From positions 1-12,398 of the forward strand of contig CAYPLO010000050.1 in assembly GCA_964411615.1 (NCBI GenBank): DNA of 12,398 nt, given 5' to 3'. The stretch is from an uncultured Aquificales bacterium (GTDB lineage: Bacteria; Thermosulfidibacterota; Thermosulfidibacteria; Thermosulfidibacterales; Thermosulfidibacteraceae). Below, one piece after another: positions 1 through 7,391 of this stretch. How positions within the stretch are numbered: the stretch's first letter is position 1; every line of letters starts with the position of its first letter. The notes under the pieces are model-generated. The model searched no databases. It had not been told where the DNA came from and saw only the letters and a program-made list of their open reading frames with translations. A program made the position numbers and the translations under genes.

Positions 1-102
1 ATCTGCTTAACAGCATTGATAATAACCTTAGTCTCCACCTACTATCCCGCAAGAAAAGCCGCCTCAACAAACCCGGTGGACATACTGAGGCAACACACCT
101 GA
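1..102 (+). CDS. 3' end (partial) of an ABC transporter permease, LolC/LolE or FtsX/MacB family
   Basis: Manual translation of frame +1 gives ICLTALIITLVSTYYPARKAASTNPVDILRQHT* (TGA 100-102). A hydrophobic helix followed by YPARKAAxxNPVxxLR is the characteristic C-terminus of LolC/E and FtsX-like permeases. Not in the ORF track because it is partial. Confidence 0.85.
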   Translation: MCLTALIITLVSTYYPARKAASTNPVDILRQHT

Positions 103-107
103 AACTG

Positions 108-818
108 CTAAAGGGCGCCGAAGCGGCGCTCGCGGCGGGTGAAGTCCTCTATGGCCTTCCTGAACTCGTCCTCCGTAAAGTCGGGCCACAGCACAGGGGT
201 GAAGTACAGCTCAGCATAGGCCAGCCGCCACAGCAGGAAGTTGCTTATCCTCAGCTCGCCACCGGTTCTTATGAGCAGGTCCACATCGGGAATCCAGGAA
301 TCGTAAAGGTAGGATGAGAAAAGTTCTTCTGTGAGCTGGTCAGGACCTATCCTCCCTGCCAGAACATCCTCTGCTATTCTTTTCGCAGCGTCAACAATCT
401 CTCCCCTGCCCCCATAGTTCACCGCCAGGTTCAGCACAAGCCCCGTACAGCCCCTTGTGGCCTCCTCCACCTCCGCCACCTTCTTCTGAACCTTCTCAGG
501 AAGCTCCCAAACCCTCCCCATAACGTTAAGTCTAACGTTTCCAGAAAGCAGCTTCTCCCTTTTGGCATCCAAGTAAAGGGCGAACAGCTCCATGAGAAAG
601 TCCACCTCTTCCTTAGGTCGGTTCCAGTTCTCGGTAGAGAAGGCAAAAAGGGAGAGGTACTTTATGCCAATTCTTGAAGCCGCCTCAACTATCTCGTCAA
701 CCCTCTCAACGCCAGCCCTGTGCCCCTCTACCCTGGCAAGACCACGCCTCTGGGCCCACCTTCCGTTGCCGTCCATTATGATGGCAACATGCTCAGGCAG
801 CTTACCCTTTATACCCAA
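108..818 (-). CDS. uppS: Undecaprenyl diphosphate synthase (cis-isoprenyl transferase)
   Basis: Motifs HVAIIMDGNGRWA, FSTENWNRP, NYGGR, DLLIRTGGELRISNFLLW, LWPDF and C-terminal RRFG. The start is placed at TTG 818, just after GGAGGT (828-823), rather than ATG 869. The extra upstream codons span a terminator-like hairpin and have no SD. Confidence 0.96.
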   Translation of the reverse strand: MGIKGKLPEHVAIIMDGNGRWAQRRGLARVEGHRAGVERVDEIVEAASRIGIKYLSLFAFSTENWNRPKEEVDFLMELFALYLDAKREKLLSGNVRLNVMGRVWELPEKVQKKVAEVEEATRGCTGLVLNLAVNYGGRGEIVDAAKRIAEDVLAGRIGPDQLTEELFSSYLYDSWIPDVDLLIRTGGELRISNFLLWRLAYAELYFTPVLWPDFTEDEFRKAIEDFTRRERRFGAL

Positions 819-830
819 GGGGACCTCCAG

Positions 831-859
831 AGAAAGATAAAGGGGGCCGAAAGGCCCCC
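831..859 (-). terminator. Intrinsic terminator-like hairpin downstream of the ferredoxin gene
   Basis: Minus strand reads GGGGGCC-TTTC-GGCCCCC (859-842), a perfect 7-bp GC stem, followed by TTTATCTTTCT. It begins 18 nt after the ferredoxin stop. Confidence 0.75.
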
Positions 860-877
860 ATAAGGCCAAAGGCGAAA

Positions 878-1054
878 CTACTCTTCGGGACCTACTATGG
901 CGTCGGTGGGGCAGACCTCAGCGCAGGAGCCGCAATCGGTGCACTTGTCGGGGTCAATGCTGTACTTCTCCTCCCCCTCAATGATGGCATCGGCGGGGCA
1001 CACGTCCTTGCAGGAACCGCAGGCCACGCACTCGTCGGTAATCCTGTAAGCCAT
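878..1054 (-). CDS. fdx: Clostridial-type 2[4Fe-4S] ferredoxin, 58 aa
   Basis: Manual translation: [58 protein letters not shown]. It has two CxxCxxCxxxCP motifs and a strong SD AGGAGGT (1067-1061). Absent from the ORF track, probably because it is below the length cut-off. Confidence 0.97.
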   Translation of the reverse strand: MAYRITDECVACGSCKDVCPADAIIEGEEKYSIDPDKCTDCGSCAEVCPTDAIVGPEE

Positions 1055-1078
1055 AACAGCACCTCCTAAGGGGTTTGA

Positions 1079-2962
<1,884 letters not shown>

Positions 2963-2974
2963 ACCAGCACCTCC

Positions 2975-3787
2975 TCACTCTTCCTCTTCGTATATGTCCT
3001 CGTACTCCTCGTAACCCTCCTCAAAGGGGGTCTTCTCCTCTTCCTCCATGGTGTAAACCTCGGCCTCCTCAACAACCTCCTCTTCAAGGCCAACACGCTC
3101 ACGGAAGATGTGCTGTCCCTCTATAACCGCATCGGCTATCTTGGAGGTTATGAGGCGAACGGCCCTTATGGCATCGTCGTTACCGGGAATTATCACATCT
3201 ATCTCGTCGGGGTCGCAGTTAGTATCAACGATGGCCACAATGGGGATACCCACCTTCCTGGCCTCACGGACGGCGTTCCTTTCTTTTCTGGGGTCGACGA
3301 TGTAGATGATGTCGGGAAGCTCCTCCATATCCTTTATGCCCTGGTAGTTGCGGTTGAGCTTCTCTATCCTCCTCAACAGCCTCATCCTCTCCTTCTTGGT
3401 GAAGTTCTCAAAGTAGCCCTCATCCCTCATGCGCTCCAGCTCCTTGAGCTTCTCTATACTCTGGCGAATGACCTTGAAGTTGGTGAGGGTTCCACCTATC
3501 CACCTGTGGTTCACGTAGTACATGCCGCAGCGCTTGGCCTCCTCCTCAATGGTCTCCTTGGCCTGCTTCTTGGTTCCAACAAAGAGCACCTTGGCCCCTT
3601 CCGCCACCCTGTCCCTGACGAACTGGTAGGCCTGGTCCAGCATCTGGAGGGTCTTCTGCAGGTCAATGATGTAGATGCCGTTTCTGGCGGTGTAGATGTA
3701 GGGCTTCATCTTGGGGTTCCACCTTCTGGTCTGGTGGCCGAAGTGGACACCAGCCTCAAGCAGCTGCTTCATGGTGACTACTGCCAT
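2975..3787 (-). CDS. rpsB: 30S ribosomal protein S2 with acidic C-terminal tail
   Basis: [45 protein letters not shown] and IPGNDDA motifs; SD AGGAGGAGG upstream of ATG 3787. Confidence 0.99.
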   Translation of the reverse strand: MAVVTMKQLLEAGVHFGHQTRRWNPKMKPYIYTARNGIYIIDLQKTLQMLDQAYQFVRDRVAEGAKVLFVGTKKQAKETIEEEAKRCGMYYVNHRWIGGTLTNFKVIRQSIEKLKELERMRDEGYFENFTKKERMRLLRRIEKLNRNYQGIKDMEELPDIIYIVDPRKERNAVREARKVGIPIVAIVDTNCDPDEIDVIIPGNDDAIRAVRLITSKIADAVIEGQHIFRERVGLEEEVVEEAEVYTMEEEEKTPFEEGYEEYEDIYEEEE

Positions 3788-3798
3788 AACGCCTCCTC

Positions 3799-4978
3799 CT
3801 ATTTGGTTTTGTCCTCCGCCCCTTCATCCTCCCGGGAACCCCCACGGGCACCCCCCGAAGAGTCCAGGGCGTGTGTGGTCTTCTGTGAAAAGAGATACGC
3901 CTCTATGAAATCGTCTATCTCGCCGTCCAGCACAGCCATCGCCGCCACATTACTTTTTTCCACACCCGTTCGCAAGTCCTTCACCAACTTAAAGGGATGT
4001 AGCACGTAGGAGCGTATCTGGTTACCCCAGGCTATCTCCTTCTTGTTCTTCTCCAGCTCCTCCTTCTCCTTCTCAAGCTCCCTCTTCTTCAGCTCGTAGA
4101 GCCTGGCCCTCAGTATCTTCATGGCCATCTCCTTGTTCCGCAGCTGGGACCGCTCATTCTGGCACTGGACAACGATACCTGTGGGGATGTGGGTGATTCT
4201 CACGGCAGAGTCTGTAACATTCACATGTTGCCCACCGGGGCCCGACGCCCTGAAGGTCTCTATCTTCAGGTCCTCAGGCCTTATCTCAACCTCTATGTCC
4301 TCCTCTATCTCAGGATAGACGAAGACGGAGGCGAAGGAGGTGTGCCTCCTCTTGTTGGCGTCAAAGGGGGATATCCTCACCAGCCTGTGGACCCCGGTCT
4401 CACCTTTCAGGTACCCGTAGGCGTAGGGCCCCTTCACCAGGAAGGTGACACTCTTTATTCCCGCATCGTCGGCGGGCTGGTAATCCATAACCTCCACCTC
4501 AAAGCCCTTATGCTTGGCCCATCTGGTGTACATCCTGAAGAGCATCTCCGCCCAGTCCTGGGCTTCGGTGCCTCCAGCCCCCGGATTTATGGCCACTATG
4601 GCGTTGTTGGGGTCCTTCTCGCCGGAAAGGAGGGTCTTTATCTCAAGCTTCTTTATCTGCCTTTTGAGTTTCTCTATCTCCCCCTCTATCTCTCCCCTCT
4701 GGCTGAGGTCCCCCTCCTCCTCTGCAAGCTCCACAAGGACCATGGCGTCCTCAAGTCTGGAGGCTAAGGCCTCCCACTCCTCCACCAGGTCCTCTATCCG
4801 CTTCTTCTCCTTCAGGATTGAGGCGGCCTTTTTGGGGTCGTTCCATATCTCGGGGGACGCCGCCCTCTCCTCCAGCTCCCTAAGCCTCTCCCTCTTCCCC
4901 TCTATGTCAAAGATACCTCCTTAGCTTCTCTGCCCTTTCGGCAAGCTCCTCCAGAACTTCCCTTTCCACCTCAAACAT
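3799..4978 (-). CDS. prfB: Peptide chain release factor 2, expressed via +1 programmed frameshift (join 4978-4910, 4908-3799; 392 aa)
   Basis: ATG 4978 opens [23 protein letters not shown], followed by CTT-TGA-C. The +1 frame continues [25 protein letters not shown]... into the 3799..4785 ORF. It contains the RF2 SPF motif (RISPFD), GGQ (GPGGQHVN), [14 protein letters not shown] and WGNQIRSYV. Confidence 0.98.
3804..3878 (-). ncRNA. t44 / ribosomal protein S2 (rpsB) leader-like cis-regulatory RNA
   Basis: Minus strand reads CCACACACGCCCTGGACTCTTCGGGGGGTGCCCGTGGGGGTTCCCGGGAGGATGAAGGGGCGGAGGACAAAACC. It has the landmarks I recall for the t44/S2 leader: 5' ACACACG, central GGGGUGCCC...GGGGU and 3' GGAGG...AACC. 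By eye it folds as nested stems (CGCCCU/GGGGCG; CUCUUCGGGG/UCCCGGGAG; apical CCC-GUG-GGG). It lies immediately upstream of rpsB. No covariance model was run. Confidence 0.8.
4906..4921 (-). promoter_or_regulatory. prfB +1 ribosomal frameshift cassette
   Basis: Minus strand AGGAGG-TAT-CTT-TGA-C: an internal SD 3 nt upstream of the slippery CTT and an in-frame UGA-C. This matches the established RF2 autoregulatory site. Confidence 0.97.
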
Positions 4979-5019
4979 GCTTTAATCCCCCCTCAAGCAG
5001 ACTGGCTTGGATATATAAA

Positions 5020-5907
5020 ATGGGACGGAAGGGAAAAAGCAAGGGTCTGTTTGACATGCACGTTCATGGAGGCGGAGGTTACACCTTCGCCACCTCTGAC
5101 CCTGAGAAGATACTGAAAGCCTACCGGGCACAGAAGGAACACGGCACCTCTCACCTTCTGGCCACCTACGTGAGCCTGCCCTACCAGAGGCTGAGGGAAT
5201 GCCTGAGGGCCCTGAGGGAGGCCATGGAATCGGAAAAGGGCATAGTGGGAGCCTATATAGAGGGGCCCTTCATAAACCCCCAGAAGGCAGGGGGAATGAG
5301 GAAGGATTACATAACCTGCTGGGAGATTGGCCAGTTCAAAAGACTCATAGAGGAGTTTGCCGATGTGGTAAGACTCGTTGTGGTGGCGCCGGAGATGGAC
5401 CCTGAAGGAGAGGTGTTCAGGATACTTCGGGCAAACGGGGTGAAGGTGGCGGTGGGGCATTCGGAAGCATCCTACGAAGAGGCTATGAGCTACGCAGAGA
5501 AAGGGGTATTTGCATTTACCCACATCTACAACGCCATGGGAAGGTTCCACCACAGAAATCCCGGTGTTGTGGCGGCGGCCCTGCTATCCGACGCCTACTG
5601 CGAGCTGATTCCCGAGCCTAACCACGTGCATCCGGCGGCTATGGAGATGGCCGTGAGGCTCAAAGGAGATAAGCTCATACCCGTATCCGACGGAACACCC
5701 CTTGCCGCAGGGGGACCGGAGCAGATGAAATTCGGAGGACAGCTGGTAACCAGAAGAGGGGGAGCCTGCTACAACCAGGAGGGAAAGCTCTACGGCTCAG
5801 CCATAACACTCAAGGAAGGCATGGACTTTCTGGTAGAAAACCTGAAAGTGGATGAGGAAAGACTGACAAGGGCATGCGAATCCGCCCTTGAGGAGCTGTT
5901 AAGATGA
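5020..5907 (+). CDS. nagA: NagA-like amidohydrolase (N-acetylglucosamine-6-phosphate deacetylase family), shortened at both ends
   Basis: Motifs in NagA order: DMHVHG, EGPFIN, APE, VGHSEA, THIYNAM, HHRNPG, HVHP, VSDG, GSAITL. It is 295 aa versus roughly 380 aa for typical NagA. Substrate is not certain. Confidence 0.75.
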   Translation: MGRKGKSKGLFDMHVHGGGGYTFATSDPEKILKAYRAQKEHGTSHLLATYVSLPYQRLRECLRALREAMESEKGIVGAYIEGPFINPQKAGGMRKDYITCWEIGQFKRLIEEFADVVRLVVVAPEMDPEGEVFRILRANGVKVAVGHSEASYEEAMSYAEKGVFAFTHIYNAMGRFHHRNPGVVAAALLSDAYCELIPEPNHVHPAAMEMAVRLKGDKLIPVSDGTPLAAGGPEQMKFGGQLVTRRGGACYNQEGKLYGSAITLKEGMDFLVENLKVDEERLTRACESALEELLR

Positions 5908-6626
5908 AGTATCTCTTGCTATTTCTGGCGGGATGTGTGGCGGGAACGGTGAACGTGCTTGCAGGGGGAGGGTCCTTTCTCACTGTGGCGGTGATGATAT
6001 TCATGGGGCTTCCACCAACGGTGGCCAACGGCACCAACAGGGTGGCCATACTGGTTCAGAACGTTGTGGCGGTGAAGAAGTTCAGAGACTTCAACGTCCT
6101 GGTGGGAAGAGAGACCCTGTGGATGCTCATACCTGCACTGGCCGGGGCCGGAGTGGGAGCCTACTTAGCATCGGTGGTGGCGGACGAGACCTTCAAGAGG
6201 CTCCTGGCCATCTTCATCATACTGGTCTCCTTCGTCACTCTGTACAATCCTAAGGAAAGGCTGAAAGGGCTTGAGCTTCCGGAATACGCCATAAGCGTAC
6301 TGTTCTTCCTCATAGGCGTATATGGTGGCTTCGTACAGGCAGGGGTGGGGTTTTTCATACTTGCCGCCCTCACCCTGGCGGGCTTTGACCTTGTGAGGGC
6401 AAACGCCGTGAAGGTTCTGGTGATTCTGGCCTTCACAGTGGTTGCTCTGAGCATATTTACAGTTAAGGGTAAGGTTGACCTGCTCTGGGGCATACCCCTT
6501 GCCCTGGGAAACGCCACAGGGGCCTACGTTGGGGTCAGACTGGCGGTGGAGAAGGGGCATGGGTTCATACGGAAGGTTGTGCTGGCGGCTCTTGTGGTGG
6601 TTGCTGTAAAGCTTCTGCTGTTTTAG
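5904..6626 (+). CDS. TauE/SafE (TSUP, sulfite exporter family) membrane protein
   Basis: 240-aa hydrophobic protein with AGGGSFLT...GLPPTVANGTN and GVYGGFVQAGVG...ANAVK two-fold repeat motifs; ATGA overlap with the nagA-like gene. Confidence 0.9.
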   Translation: MKYLLLFLAGCVAGTVNVLAGGGSFLTVAVMIFMGLPPTVANGTNRVAILVQNVVAVKKFRDFNVLVGRETLWMLIPALAGAGVGAYLASVVADETFKRLLAIFIILVSFVTLYNPKERLKGLELPEYAISVLFFLIGVYGGFVQAGVGFFILAALTLAGFDLVRANAVKVLVILAFTVVALSIFTVKGKVDLLWGIPLALGNATGAYVGVRLAVEKGHGFIRKVVLAALVVVAVKLLLF

Positions 6627-6635
6627 GGAGTCTTT

Positions 6636-7391
6636 ATGGAAAAGTCCCTGCTCATCCCTTCGGGCTTTGTGCTGGGAGCCGTCCTTGGAAGCTTCTTCAA
6701 CGTTCTCATTTACAGACTTCCCAAGGGCATCTCCATAGTCATGCCCCCTTCCCACTGCCCCTTGTGCGGTGAAAGGCTCAGTTGGTGGGAGAACATACCA
6801 CTGGTCTCCTACCTGCTGCTGAGGGGAAGATGCAGCCACTGTAAAGGCCCCATAAGCCCCATATACCCCCTGGTGGAGCTGATAACCGCCATTGCCACAG
6901 CAACCATAGCGGCAACCTTCGGCTTCACACCAAAGGCCCTGTGGGCCGCCCTCTTTCTGCTGCCCCTCATACCCGCCGCCTTCATAGACCTGAAGCACTT
7001 TATACTCCCCGATGTATTCACCTTAGGAACCATGGCCTGGGGCATAATGGCCTCGGCAATGGGCATATCCCCTGTAGACCTCAAAGGGGCTCTTATTGGC
7101 CTTGCAGTGTGCGGAGGAGTATTCCTGCTCATAGCCCTCGTAAGCAAAGGGGGAATGGGTCTGGGGGATGTGAAGCTGGCCGCCTCCTTCGGGGCCAACT
7201 TAGGATGGAAGGTGGGTATAACGGCACTTTTCGTGTCGGTCTTCTTGGGAGCCACCGTGGGGATAATCCTCATGGTGTTGAGGATAAAGGGGAGAAAGGA
7301 TAAGATACCCTTTGGTCCATTCATGGTCATGGGGGCTTACATTTGCGTCTTCTACGGAGAACAGCTGGCCCGATTATACTTGGGCTTCTGA
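6636..7391 (+). CDS. pilD: Prepilin peptidase / N-methyltransferase (A24 family)
   Basis: GSFFNVLIYRLP, Zn-binding CPLC...CSHC, NIPLVSY, YPLVEL, catalytic-Asp motifs IDLKHFILPD and GMGLGDVKL, and C-terminal IPFGPF. Confidence 0.96.
   Translation: MEKSLLIPSGFVLGAVLGSFFNVLIYRLPKGISIVMPPSHCPLCGERLSWWENIPLVSYLLLRGRCSHCKGPISPIYPLVELITAIATATIAATFGFTPKALWAALFLLPLIPAAFIDLKHFILPDVFTLGTMAWGIMASAMGISPVDLKGALIGLAVCGGVFLLIALVSKGGMGLGDVKLAASFGANLGWKVGITALFVSVFLGATVGIILMVLRIKGRKDKIPFGPFMVMGAYICVFYGEQLARLYLGF

Noticed and set aside
819..869. N-terminal extension of UppS from ATG 869
   Set aside because: It has no SD, runs through the hairpin and has no UppS-like sequence. TTG 818 has a good SD.
4785..4978. 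prfB as a pseudogene or as starting at GTG 4785
   Set aside because: The interruption is the canonical programmed CTT-TGA-C frameshift with its internal SD.
5003..5018. Possible sigma54 promoter (TGGC...)
   Set aside because: There is no GC at the -12 position (TA is found 10 nt after GG).
5051..5056. Perfect TTGACA hexamer on the plus strand
   Set aside because: It lies within the F-D-M codons of the nagA-like gene and has no -10 element at 16-18 nt spacing.
4993..5553. 186-aa minus-strand ORF upstream of prfB
   Set aside because: It is an antisense shadow of the motif-rich nagA-like gene, with no recognisable features.
6165..6998. 277-aa minus-strand ORF, and similar antisense ORFs (9770..10603, 4189..4767, 1992..2519, 8687..9214)
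   Set aside because: All lie opposite well-supported genes and have no independent motifs.
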